From assembly GCA_036398095.1 (NCBI GenBank), contig DASWHR010000027.1, positions 8,174 to 72,173 of the forward strand: DNA of 64,000 nucleotides, read 5' to 3'. Of this stretch, positions 8,226 to 17,442 are shown in pieces (positions within the stretch are counted from its first letter, which is position 1; every line of letters begins with the position of its first letter). A model generated the notes under the pieces. That model worked only from the letters and a program-made list of their open reading frames with translations. It was not told the DNA's origin and did not search any database. Position numbers and translations under genes: made by a program. The stretch comes from Actinomycetota bacterium (lineage in GTDB: Bacteria; Actinomycetota; AC-67).

Positions 8226-10034
8226 ATGGAGATCGCCGACCGCGAGGTCGAGCGCGTCCGCAAGAAGTTCAACATGAACCGCCGCGACTTCGTTCGCACC
8301 ACCGCGGCCATGGCGATCTGCTTCTGGGCCCGCGACGTCGTCATCGGCGGCGGCGGCGCGCAGGCGCACAACACCACCACCACCGACGCATGCGATCTTG
8401 AATGGGAAGAAGAAGTCGGCCTGTTCACCCTCAACAACCTGCCGGGCGAGTTCGTCTTCGACATCCAGTCCCACCACGTCGAGTCCGACGGCATGTGGCG
8501 CGTCACCAACCCCGGCTTCCACGCGTTCTTCGCCGGGATCTGGTCGCAGGCCGGTCCGATCACCGGTGCGCGCCCGGGCATGCGCAGCGGCGGCAACCTC
8601 GATCCCGGATCGAGCAACTTCGCGGTGCGCGGCGCCGGCGCCGGCGAACTCGACCCGATCGAAAACCTGTCGCGCTTCCACTACATGAAAGAGCTGTTCC
8701 TGGATTCGGCGACGACGATGACGGTGCTCTCGGCCGTGCCGGCCGCGCCCGACATCACCCAGCCGCTGCCGATCGAGCGCGCTGCGCTGACCGTGCAGAT
8801 GGTCAACGAGCTCGCCGGATCGCAGCGCACGGTCATGCACGCGTTCGCGATGCCGAACCGCGGCTCGGCCGGGACCATCGCCTCGTCGCTGGGCCAAGAG
8901 CCCGTCTACATGCAGCGCGAATTCGAGATCATGGAGGAGCGCGCGGTCAAGTACGGTTCGATCATCCGCGGCTGGAAGACCTACCCCGCATGGGGTGACA
9001 TTCCCTACGCGAGCGGCTGGTTCTTCGACGACGAGCTGGTCGGGCAGCGCTTCATCGACCACGTTCGCGCCCTCAGCCAGAAGTACCCGAAGCTGCCGCC
9101 GAACATCGCGACGCACAAGGGCTTCGCGCTTCCCGCGTTCGACCAGCGGGCCGCCTCGCCCCGCGACATCGGCCCCGCCGCTTCCCGCAACCCGGATGTG
9201 AACTTCATCGTCTACCATTCGGGCTTCGACGGCGAGACCGTCGGCCCCTACGGCGGCGACACGGCCGATATCTCCACCGACGGCGCCAAGGGCGACCGCC
9301 GCGTGAGTTCGGCCGACCGTATGGTGGACTCGCTGATCAAGTCGCTTCGCGAGAACAACTGGGACGCGACCCGCTTCGGCACCGTGCCGGGCGTCAAGTG
9401 GGCGAACGTGCCAAACGTCTTCGCCGAGATCGGCTCGACCTGGCGCGACGTCATGGGCCAGATCCGCCGCGGCGAGCCCGTCTCAAGCACACCGGCCGCC
9501 GCGATCCATCTGCTCGGCAAGCTCATCACCTACGTCGGTCCGAAGCGGATCGCGTGGGGAACCGACTCGCTGTGGTTCGGATCGCCGCACTCCGAGATCG
9601 TCGGCTTGAGGCGCGTGGACTACAGCCACGCGCCCGGGCTGTGGGACTTCTACAAGCTCCCGTACGCGATCGACGGTGACGCCGACGACCCGCGGGTGGA
9701 CACGCGCAACTGGGTCAACTACACGCCGTCGTCGTCGAACGCGTCGCTGCCGGGCTGGCCGACGGATTCCAAGGCCCACCCCGAGCGGTCGATCCGCAAC
9801 TGGATCTTCGGCCGCTCCGCCGCCGAGGTGTATCGCGTCGACGCCGACGCGCACATGCTCGACCGGGGCACGCATCCGCTCAAGTGCGACGAGGTGCAGA
9901 AGATCCGCGACGCCTACATCGTGAACCAGTACACGCCGAAGGAGCAGGTGCCGATGGCGTCCAACACGCTGATCGGTGCGCGCACTGCCTCCGAGCTCAA
10001 AACCGAAAGGATGAATCAGCCGTGGGCGCCGTAA
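8226..10034 (+). CDS. Tat-exported amidohydrolase-family metal-dependent hydrolase
   Basis: Twin-arginine motif NRRDFVRTTAAMAICFWA. The C-terminal part (WGTDSLWFGSPHSEI) resembles the amidohydrolase TIM-barrel family. The listed ORF starts at 8070, but codons 8070-8225 are A/T-ending and look non-coding. From the ATG at 8226, GC3 is typical of the other genes. Confidence 0.55.
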   Translation: MEIADREVERVRKKFNMNRRDFVRTTAAMAICFWARDVVIGGGGAQAHNTTTTDACDLEWEEEVGLFTLNNLPGEFVFDIQSHHVESDGMWRVTNPGFHAFFAGIWSQAGPITGARPGMRSGGNLDPGSSNFAVRGAGAGELDPIENLSRFHYMKELFLDSATTMTVLSAVPAAPDITQPLPIERAALTVQMVNELAGSQRTVMHAFAMPNRGSAGTIASSLGQEPVYMQREFEIMEERAVKYGSIIRGWKTYPAWGDIPYASGWFFDDELVGQRFIDHVRALSQKYPKLPPNIATHKGFALPAFDQRAASPRDIGPAASRNPDVNFIVYHSGFDGETVGPYGGDTADISTDGAKGDRRVSSADRMVDSLIKSLRENNWDATRFGTVPGVKWANVPNVFAEIGSTWRDVMGQIRRGEPVSSTPAAAIHLLGKLITYVGPKRIAWGTDSLWFGSPHSEIVGLRRVDYSHAPGLWDFYKLPYAIDGDADDPRVDTRNWVNYTPSSSNASLPGWPTDSKAHPERSIRNWIFGRSAAEVYRVDADAHMLDRGTHPLKCDEVQKIRDAYIVNQYTPKEQVPMASNTLIGARTASELKTERMNQPWAP

Positions 10035-10555
10035 TCCGTCGAGCCAGCGTTCTCATCGCCGTTGTCGCATTGCTCGTTCCGTCGGGCGCGAGCGCCGCGA
10101 CGACCACGTACGGCCGTCCGTTCGCGAACGGTCCGAGCGGCGGCGACGAGTTCAACACGATCGAGCGTGACGGCGCGACCGGCGAGATGTCCATCGTCCG
10201 CCTCTATCCCACGCCGGTAGGCGGCGCGCTTGGCTGCGGCGGAAGCGGCGGCTGGGCCACGTTCGAGATCGCGCACACTGCGGTCTCAACGATCGAGTCG
10301 GTTGCCGTGGCCTACACCGGAGCGCTCGTCGATCCGTACTCGTTCGTTACGGTCGCCGTCTATCAGGACGGCGCGTTCGTGGACTCGAAGGTCGTTCGCG
10401 GACCCGTGCTGGGAGACGGGACCGTCGAGCTGGAGCCGCGGACCGCCGCAAGCGGCGACGTGACCATCTGGTTCGGCCTGCAGATGTCGTCGGCCTGCCC
10501 CAACATCGGCATGGCCGAGGCCGTCTTCGAGTCGGTGACGGTAACCGAAGCGTAG
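10022..10555 (+). CDS. secreted hypothetical protein
   Basis: GTG start at 10022 (VGAVIRRASVLIAVVALLVPSGASA is a signal peptide) overlaps the end of the upstream gene. No known domain. A Cys pair CGGSGGWATF is present. Confidence 0.5.
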   Translation: MGAVIRRASVLIAVVALLVPSGASAATTTYGRPFANGPSGGDEFNTIERDGATGEMSIVRLYPTPVGGALGCGGSGGWATFEIAHTAVSTIESVAVAYTGALVDPYSFVTVAVYQDGAFVDSKVVRGPVLGDGTVELEPRTAASGDVTIWFGLQMSSACPNIGMAEAVFESVTVTEA

Positions 10556-10559
10556 TTCG

Positions 10560-10934
10560 TTACGCCGGCGCGACGGCCAGCAGGCCATTCATGTCCGGAT
10601 GATTCGAGCAGTAGAAGCGGTACGTGCCCGGCTCCAGGCCGGGCACTCCGTTTACCTCGCTCACTTGGCCGGGCCCGATCTGGCCCGCCCAGAACAGCGG
10701 TGTCGCGTCGGCACGCAAGTCCTCCGAGACGATCGAATGGAAGCCGCCGACGGTGTCCGCGCTCGTGAACGTCAGCGACGCGCCCTGCTCGACCACAAGC
10801 GGCAGTTCCGGAACCTCGGTATCGCCCGGCAGGTACAGGAATGCCGCGACCGTGATAACGCCCGGCGTCGGATCGGCGGCGTGAGCGGGGACCACCCCGC
10901 TCAGGGCAAGCAGCATCGCAAGAGTGCGTCGCAC
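10560..10934 (-). CDS. cupredoxin (plastocyanin/amicyanin-like blue copper protein), secreted
   Basis: Type-1 copper ligand set H...C-x2-H-x2-M is visible (GGFHSIV ... GTYRFYCSNHPDMNG). Signal peptide VRRTLAMLLALSGVVPAHA. Start is GTG 10934 or ATG 10916. The listed ORF extends further upstream as frame noise. Confidence 0.75.
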   Translation of the reverse strand: MRRTLAMLLALSGVVPAHAADPTPGVITVAAFLYLPGDTEVPELPLVVEQGASLTFTSADTVGGFHSIVSEDLRADATPLFWAGQIGPGQVSEVNGVPGLEPGTYRFYCSNHPDMNGLLAVAPA

Positions 10935-11021
10935 GATGCTTCGTATTCGCCCTCGCAGCGTTCGGGTCCTCCCCCGTACGCTTTGATGGAACCGAACCGG
11001 TCCGGGCCGAGTCTTGACACC

Positions 11022-11537
11022 ATGGAGGATGCCGCCACGAGCCAGCGAATCGAGGCCGGTCGGCTCGAAGGGGGCCGTCTGGAGGCGTTGTATCGAACGC
11101 ACGCCGTCAAGGCGGCTCGAACGGCCTATCTGCTCACCGGAGACGCCGCGCTGGCCGACGATCTGGTGCAAGAGGCATTCGTGCGGCTCGCCGGCCGGTT
11201 CGTCGATTGGCGCCGCGAAGACGCGTTCGAAGCGTACCTTCGGCGCACCATCGTCAACCTCGCTCGGACGCGCGCGCGCCGGATGCAGCGCGAGCGCGAG
11301 CGTCACGAGCAACAGGTTGCCGCTCCGGTTCCGCCGCCGCCCGACGTCGCGGACCTGATCGCGGTGCGTGACTCGCTGATGCGCTTGACCGAGCGCCAGC
11401 GCACCGCCGTCGTGCTTCGCTACTACGAGGATCTGCCCGAAGCCGAAATCGCCGATCTGATCGGCTGCCGCCCGGGAACCGTCAAGAGCCTGCTGTCGCG
11501 TGCGATGGACACGCTGCGCGAGGAGCTATCGAGGTGA
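11022..11537 (+). CDS. ECF-type sigma-70 family RNA polymerase sigma factor
   Basis: Region 2 (AYLLTGDAALADDLVQEAFVRL) and region 4 (RQRTAVVLRYYEDLPEAEIADLIGCRPGTVKSLLSRA) are present. Trimmed to the ATG at 11022. About 171 aa. Confidence 0.85.
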   Translation: MEDAATSQRIEAGRLEGGRLEALYRTHAVKAARTAYLLTGDAALADDLVQEAFVRLAGRFVDWRREDAFEAYLRRTIVNLARTRARRMQRERERHEQQVAAPVPPPPDVADLIAVRDSLMRLTERQRTAVVLRYYEDLPEAEIADLIGCRPGTVKSLLSRAMDTLREELSR

Positions 11538-12991
11538 GAACCGTGGATATCAAGGAGAAGCTCGTCAACCTGGCCGAGAGCCAGATGCCCGCCGCGCCCG
11601 CGATCCGCCCCGCGACGCTGCGTCGCGCGAAGCGTCGCCGTGCCGCGGTCGCGGCCGCAACCTCATTCGCGGTCGTCGTCGCCGGGCTCGGCGTCTGGGC
11701 GGGTGTCGATTCTTTCTCGCGCAGCCGGCCGGTCCCGCCGGCCGCGCAGCAGGGTCGCTTCGAGACGTTTCCGCTGGCCGGTCGCGAAGCGAGCGACCTG
11801 GCCGCCTCCGGGTCGGTTGCGTGGGCTGCGGCGGGGGAGACCGTGTTTCGGCTCGGCGATACGCCGGCCACGTTCGAGATCGAAGAGCCGGTCGTGGACG
11901 TCGCGGCGGATCCACGCGGGGCGTGGGTCGCGTCGATGCGAGACGACGACCGGTGCGACGGGTCGCTCGACGTGCTGATCGATTGCGCGACGGCGACGCG
12001 GATCTCCGCCACCGGCGGCCTGGAGCGCTCGATCCCGGTTCCGCGCGCGGGCGGCGGGCTTGCGATCGGCAACGGCGTCGTCTGGATCGGCGGCCGCACC
12101 GAGGTGGTCCGGCTCAATCCTCCGGACGACCCGTTCATCGCGCCGCTTCGCGACGTCACGCGCGTTGTGGACGTGGTCACGATGCCCGGAATGGTGTTCG
12201 TGCTCGCGGAAGCGTCGGGCAATCGCGCGGACCGCGTGCTGATCGCGCTCGAAGATCACCGCGGCAGCGAGATTCGGCGTGTCCCCCTGCCGGGGGCGCT
12301 CGGCATCGCGCAAGGGCTCGGCTCATTGTGGGCGTGGGGGTCGCGGGACGAGGTCGGGGTCCTGCAGATCGAGCCGAGCAGTCTGTCGACCCTGCGCATT
12401 ATTCCGCTCGCCACCGCCCGGGAGCCGGGCGCGCCGATCGTCGTCTCATCGCTCGCGTTCTCGGGCACGACCGTCTACGCGGCCGCGTTGTTCGCCGACG
12501 AGGGACACGTGTATACGGTTGACGTCACCTCGGGCGACGTGACCGGAACGATCGCGGCGGTCGCCGCGCCCGTCGCTGCCGCGGCCGGCACGGAATCGGT
12601 GTGGCTCCTGCACGCCGAACCGGCTCGGGCGGCGCGCATGACGATTCCCGATCCGTGGGCCGCGCACGCGCCGGTCGTGTCCGGCGAGATGCAGAACGTC
12701 CCGCAGCGTCCGGGCCTTTCCACTCCGCGTATCTCCTGGGTGGACCGGTTCGAACGCGCCGGCGACGAATTGACGATCACGTTTCTCGGCGGGATGTATC
12801 CGTGCGGCATGCTCGATCACGTCGAGCTTTGGCGGGACGGCGATACGGTCAAGGTATTGGTCGTGGTGGGAACGCGGCCGGCTCCCGACGGCAATTTCGC
12901 GTGCAAATCGGTGGGTCGTAGCCGAACGACGGTCGTGCAGCTGCCGGCCGACTGGCGAAGCCTCGCCGTGGACGACGCCTCCCGCCGGTAG
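11534..12991 (+). CDS. putative membrane-anchored anti-sigma factor with large beta-propeller-like ectodomain
   Basis: GTG start overlaps the sigma stop (GTGA). There is a short cytoplasmic N-terminus, one TM (AAVAAATSFAVVVAGLGVWAGV), then about 420 aa of repeated ...VW..G....V.RL.P... blades. Confidence 0.6.
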   Translation: MRTVDIKEKLVNLAESQMPAAPAIRPATLRRAKRRRAAVAAATSFAVVVAGLGVWAGVDSFSRSRPVPPAAQQGRFETFPLAGREASDLAASGSVAWAAAGETVFRLGDTPATFEIEEPVVDVAADPRGAWVASMRDDDRCDGSLDVLIDCATATRISATGGLERSIPVPRAGGGLAIGNGVVWIGGRTEVVRLNPPDDPFIAPLRDVTRVVDVVTMPGMVFVLAEASGNRADRVLIALEDHRGSEIRRVPLPGALGIAQGLGSLWAWGSRDEVGVLQIEPSSLSTLRIIPLATAREPGAPIVVSSLAFSGTTVYAAALFADEGHVYTVDVTSGDVTGTIAAVAAPVAAAAGTESVWLLHAEPARAARMTIPDPWAAHAPVVSGEMQNVPQRPGLSTPRISWVDRFERAGDELTITFLGGMYPCGMLDHVELWRDGDTVKVLVVVGTRPAPDGNFACKSVGRSRTTVVQLPADWRSLAVDDASRR

Positions 12992-13090
12992 AGCGCGCTC
13001 CGGCGACCGCCGGTTCGATCCATGCGCCGGGCCGGCTCGAAGACCGCATGCCGCGGCGTTAATGTCACACCCTCGTTGTACGTTGTTTGC

Positions 13091-14317
13091 ATGCTTTCGG
13101 TATCGGTTTCGGAACTCGATCAAGTCACTGCCGAGCTGCATGCGGCGATCGATCGGGTGCAGCGGGTGGCCGCGCGCGCGTCGGACGGCGCGACCGATCT
13201 TGCGGTGAGCGCCTTGCGGGCCGCGGATCGCCTGACCGCGACCGCGACATCGGTCATCGCGCGCGGCGGCTTCTCCGCGGGAGCGGGACTGCCCGCACCG
13301 ATCATGCTGCAGATGGAGGCGCGCACCACAAGCTGGGATGCGCGCACCATCACCCGCATCGCCGGCATCCTTACCGGCATGCCCGACACAGCCTCCGCAT
13401 TCGAAGAAGGCGTGCTGTCTTGGTCGCAGATCCGTGCGATCACCGACGCAGCCAAACCCTGCGACACCGCCGGACGCGAACGCATCGACCGGCTCATCGC
13501 CCGCCGCGCCACGAGCCAATCCAACGCTGACCCCGACCAGATCGTCGCCGACGTCCAAGACGAAGCCGCCACCATCCGCAAGGACCTCACCGAGCGCCGC
13601 GAGCAGCGCGCCGTCGAGCAAAGTTTCATCGCATTCCAGCCGCGCCTGGACGGGCGAACCTTCTTCTACGGCGAAGGGGACCACGCCTCGGTCGCCGGCC
13701 TCGTCGACAGCCTCGACGCCGCAGCCGGCCCACCCAAACCCGACGGCCGCCCCCGCGCCCAACATCGCTACGACGCCCTCATCGCCCTCACCAGCCAAAA
13801 CCCGGGCGGCAACCGGGCGAGCAGGGCGCGGCCGCGGATCATCGCAGCCCTTGACCTTGCAGAACTCACTCGCAACGAACAGGACGCCGCCGCACGCATC
13901 CTGTGGGCCCTGACCGGCCGGCCACCACGCCTGTCACCCATCGGCACCCAAACCCTGCTCTGCGACGCCGACGTGCTCCCCATCATCTTCGACAACGGCC
14001 AACCCATCGCCATCGGCCACCCGACCTCGCCGATCCCGCGTCGCATCCGCCGCGCAATCGAAGCTCGCGACCAAGGCTGCCGATTCCCCGGCTGCCACGC
14101 TCCCCTTGACTGGACAGACCTGCACCACATCATCCACCGCATAAACGGCGGCCGATCCGCACCCGAAAACCTCATCAGCCTGTGCCGCCGCTGCCACCGG
14201 CGCATCCACGACCACGGCTGGAAAATCACCATCAACCCCGGCGGCAACATCATCTTCACCCGCCGCGGCCGCCGCTACGAAAGCCCGCCACCGACCGGCC
14301 CGCCGCTCCTCGAATGA
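13091..14317 (+). CDS. DUF222 + HNH endonuclease domain protein (REP13E12-like family)
   Basis: C-terminal HNH block (LHHIIHRINGGRSAPENLISLCRRCHRRIHDHGW) with the N-terminal domain architecture of the actinobacterial 13E12-repeat proteins. ATG at 13091. Confidence 0.8.
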   Translation: MLSVSVSELDQVTAELHAAIDRVQRVAARASDGATDLAVSALRAADRLTATATSVIARGGFSAGAGLPAPIMLQMEARTTSWDARTITRIAGILTGMPDTASAFEEGVLSWSQIRAITDAAKPCDTAGRERIDRLIARRATSQSNADPDQIVADVQDEAATIRKDLTERREQRAVEQSFIAFQPRLDGRTFFYGEGDHASVAGLVDSLDAAAGPPKPDGRPRAQHRYDALIALTSQNPGGNRASRARPRIIAALDLAELTRNEQDAAARILWALTGRPPRLSPIGTQTLLCDADVLPIIFDNGQPIAIGHPTSPIPRRIRRAIEARDQGCRFPGCHAPLDWTDLHHIIHRINGGRSAPENLISLCRRCHRRIHDHGWKITINPGGNIIFTRRGRRYESPPPTGPPLLE

Positions 14318-14329
14318 CCAGTCTCAGCG

Positions 14330-14686
14330 TTATTGCGTCAGCGATGCGACCCCGAATCCGGTGTTGAACCGCTTGCACCAGATCAGCACGCTCTTGAACG
14401 TCGAAAGGTCGGTGCCGGCCGGGATCGCGTAGTTCTGATCACCGATATTTCCTTTGAGCCGGCCCAGGTTGATTCCCGCGTCGGCGATGACGTCGTCCGC
14501 AAGTCTCGCAACGGTTATCGAACCAGGACCACGAGCACCAGCAGCGACAGTATTCCCGCAGCCGGTAGCGCGCAGCCTCCCACGGCCTTGCCGATCTTTC
14601 GCTGGCGGCCGCTTCGCGTCAACGGAATCCCGGTCGTGCGCGAAATTCGGCTCTTCGCGCGCGTCACGCCGGTGAGGCGCTTCCAT
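14330..14686 (-). pseudogene. possible frameshifted small membrane-anchored protein
   Basis: One reverse frame encodes a TM-like segment KIGKAVGGCALPAAGILSLLVLVVLVR and stops at 14515. The -1 frame continues as a protein-like domain ...ITVARLADDVIADAGINLGRLKGNIGDQNYAIPAGTDLSTFKSVLIWCKRFNTGFGVASLTQ. No single intact ORF spans both. Confidence 0.3.
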
Positions 14687-14702
14687 GAGAACCCGCCCTT
14701 GT

Positions 14703-17363
14703 TCAACGCGACAGCTCCCGCACCACGGCCGGCAGGATTCCGCCCTCGCGGAAGTAGCGCACCTCGGTCGGGGTGTCCAGCCGGCAGCGCGTGTCGAACT
14801 CGACGACCGAGCCGTCGTCGCGACGCGCGACGACCCGCAACGTCTGGCCCGGCTTCAAATCCGACAGGCCGGTGATGTCGAAGACCTCGCGGCCGGTCAA
14901 TCCCAGCAGCGCGGCCGTCTCGCCCGGCGCGAATTCCAGCGGCAGCGCACCCATCTGCGCGAGGTTCGACCGGTGGATCCGCTCGAACGACTCGGCGATG
15001 ACCGCGCGCGCGCCCAGTAACGTCGTGCCCTTCGCGGCCCAGTCGCGACTCGACCCCGACCCGTACTCCTTGCCGGCCAGGATCACAAGTGGCACGCCCG
15101 CCTCGCGATACAGAACCGACGCGTCGAAGATCGTCATCGTCTCGCCGTCCGGCAGATGCGCCGTCACGCCGCCTTCGCTGCCCGGCACGAGCAGGTTGCG
15201 CAGCCGGATGTTGGCGAACGTGCCGCGCATCATCACCTCGTGGTGGCCGCGGCGCGCGCCGTAGGAATGCAGCTTGCCCGGCGCGACGCCTCGCTCGCCC
15301 AGCCAGCGCGCCGCCGGCGAGTCTTTCGCGATCGATCCGGCCGGCGAGATGTGATCGGTCGTGACCGAGTCGCCGACGAACACCAGACAGCGCGCGCCCG
15401 TGATATCGGAAACCGGCGGCGGCTCCATTCCGATGCTTGCGACGAACGGCGGCTCGGTGATGTAGGTCGAAGACGGATCCCACTCGTACAGGTCGCCTTC
15501 GGGAACCGGCAGCGCGGCCCATCGCTCGTCGCCGGTGAACAGGCCTGCGATGCGGCTGCGATACGACTCGGGATTCATCGCGGACGCGACGGTCGAGGCG
15601 ATCTCGGAATCCGCCGGCCAGATGTCGCGCAGGAACACGGGAGCGCCACCGGAATCCAGGCCGAGCGGCTCGGTGTTGAGATCGATGTCGACCGTTCCCG
15701 CCAGGGCATAGGCGACGACCAGCGGCGGCGAACCGAGGAAGGAGAACCGAACCTGCGGATGGATGCGGCCTTCGAAGTTGCGGTTGCCGCTCAGAACGGC
15801 CGCGACGGCAAGCGCGTTCTCGTCCACCGCCTCGGCGATCGGATCCAGCAGCGGACCGGAGTTACCAATACAAGTGGTACATCCAAAGCCGACCGCGAAG
15901 AAGCCGATCTTCTCCAGATCGTCGAGCAGGCCGGCGCGCTTCAGATAGTCGATCACGACCGGGGAACCCGGCGCCAAGGACGTCTTGACCGCCGGATCCA
16001 CGCGCAGGCCGCGTGCGACCGCGTTGCGCGCCAGCAGACCCGCGCCGATCATTACCGACGGATTCGAGGTGTTCGTGCACGAGGTGATCGCCGCGATCGC
16101 GACCGTGCCGTCCCCGACGTGCGTCGAGCCGGCCGGCAGCGACACCGGGATCTTTCTGATCGCCGGCTCGCCGTCTTCATCGCGCAGCGCCGCCAATTCG
16201 CGGCGGAACGTGCGGCCGACCTCGCCGACGACGACGCGATCTTGCGGCCGGCGCGGCCCGGCGAGGGACGGCTCGATCGTGGACAGGTCCAGGTCGAGCA
16301 TCTCGCCGAACACGGGCTCGGCGCCGTGATCGTGCCAGAGTTGCTGCTCCTTGCAGTAGCGTTCGACCAGATCGACCAGGTCGTCGCTGCGGCCGGTCGC
16401 GCGCAGGTAGGCGATCGTCTGCGCATCGACGGGGAAGAAGCCCTCCGTCGCGCCGTACTCGGGCGACATGTTCGCGATCGTGGCGCGGTCGGGGACGGTC
16501 AAGGCCGCCAGGCCCGGCCCGTAGAACTCGACGAACTTTCCGACGACGCCGTGTGCGCGCAGCATCTCGGTCAGCGTCAGCACCAGATCGGTTGCCGTTG
16601 CGCCCGAGGGCATCGAGCCGGACAGCTTCAAGCCGACGACGGCCGGGGTCAGCATTGTGACCGGCTCGCCCAGCATCGCCGCTTCGGCTTCGATGCCGCC
16701 CACGCCCCAGCCGAGCACGCCCAGCCCGCCGATCATCGTGGTGTGCGAGTCGGTGCCGACGAGCGTGTCGGGATAGGCGACACCGTCGGCGCCGGTCATG
16801 ACCACGTCGGCGAGAAACTCCAAGTTGACCTGATGCACGATCCCGCTTCCCGGGGGCACGACTCGCATCTTTCGGAACGACTTCTGGGCCCATCGAAGGA
16901 ACGCGTAGCGTTCGCCGTTGCGCTCGTACTCCAATCCGACGTTGCGTTCGAAGGCTTCGCGCGAGCCGAAGAAGTCGACGATCACCGAATGGTCGATCAC
17001 CAGGTCGACGGGTACGCGCGGGTTGACGCGCGAGGTGTCTCCGCCGAGTCGCTCGACTGCGCCGCGGATCGCGGCCAGATCGGCCACGACCGGCACGCCG
17101 GTGAAGTCCTGCAGCACGACGCGTCCCGGCAGAAACGGAAACTCGACGGCGGTGTCACCGGGCCAGTCTGCGAGCGCGTCCAGATGCAACCGCTCCGCGC
17201 CGGCGCCCTGATGGCGCAGCACGTTTTCGAGGAAGATGCGCACGACGAACGGCAGCCGCGCGATCGCGCCCGCATCCAGAACGCGATCAAGACGGTAGAG
17301 CGCGACGCTGCCGCCGCCGGCCTGCAGCCGGTCCAGCGCGCCGAGCGGGTCGTTGAGGCTCAT
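14703..17363 (-). CDS. acnA: aconitate hydratase A
   Basis: Full-length aconitase (~886 aa) with Fe-S ligand motifs SCTNTSN and GCTTCIGNSG and the C-terminal swivel domain. Trimmed to MSLNDPLG at 17363. Confidence 0.95.
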   Translation of the reverse strand: MSLNDPLGALDRLQAGGGSVALYRLDRVLDAGAIARLPFVVRIFLENVLRHQGAGAERLHLDALADWPGDTAVEFPFLPGRVVLQDFTGVPVVADLAAIRGAVERLGGDTSRVNPRVPVDLVIDHSVIVDFFGSREAFERNVGLEYERNGERYAFLRWAQKSFRKMRVVPPGSGIVHQVNLEFLADVVMTGADGVAYPDTLVGTDSHTTMIGGLGVLGWGVGGIEAEAAMLGEPVTMLTPAVVGLKLSGSMPSGATATDLVLTLTEMLRAHGVVGKFVEFYGPGLAALTVPDRATIANMSPEYGATEGFFPVDAQTIAYLRATGRSDDLVDLVERYCKEQQLWHDHGAEPVFGEMLDLDLSTIEPSLAGPRRPQDRVVVGEVGRTFRRELAALRDEDGEPAIRKIPVSLPAGSTHVGDGTVAIAAITSCTNTSNPSVMIGAGLLARNAVARGLRVDPAVKTSLAPGSPVVIDYLKRAGLLDDLEKIGFFAVGFGCTTCIGNSGPLLDPIAEAVDENALAVAAVLSGNRNFEGRIHPQVRFSFLGSPPLVVAYALAGTVDIDLNTEPLGLDSGGAPVFLRDIWPADSEIASTVASAMNPESYRSRIAGLFTGDERWAALPVPEGDLYEWDPSSTYITEPPFVASIGMEPPPVSDITGARCLVFVGDSVTTDHISPAGSIAKDSPAARWLGERGVAPGKLHSYGARRGHHEVMMRGTFANIRLRNLLVPGSEGGVTAHLPDGETMTIFDASVLYREAGVPLVILAGKEYGSGSSRDWAAKGTTLLGARAVIAESFERIHRSNLAQMGALPLEFAPGETAALLGLTGREVFDITGLSDLKPGQTLRVVARRDDGSVVEFDTRCRLDTPTEVRYFREGGILPAVVRELSR

Positions 17364-17442
17364 TGGGACTCCTTGTGTCGCAGAAAACGAGAGCGTGGTT
17401 GCTCTCATCCTACGACGCCGGAGCGAGCCGCGTTTTCCGCGT

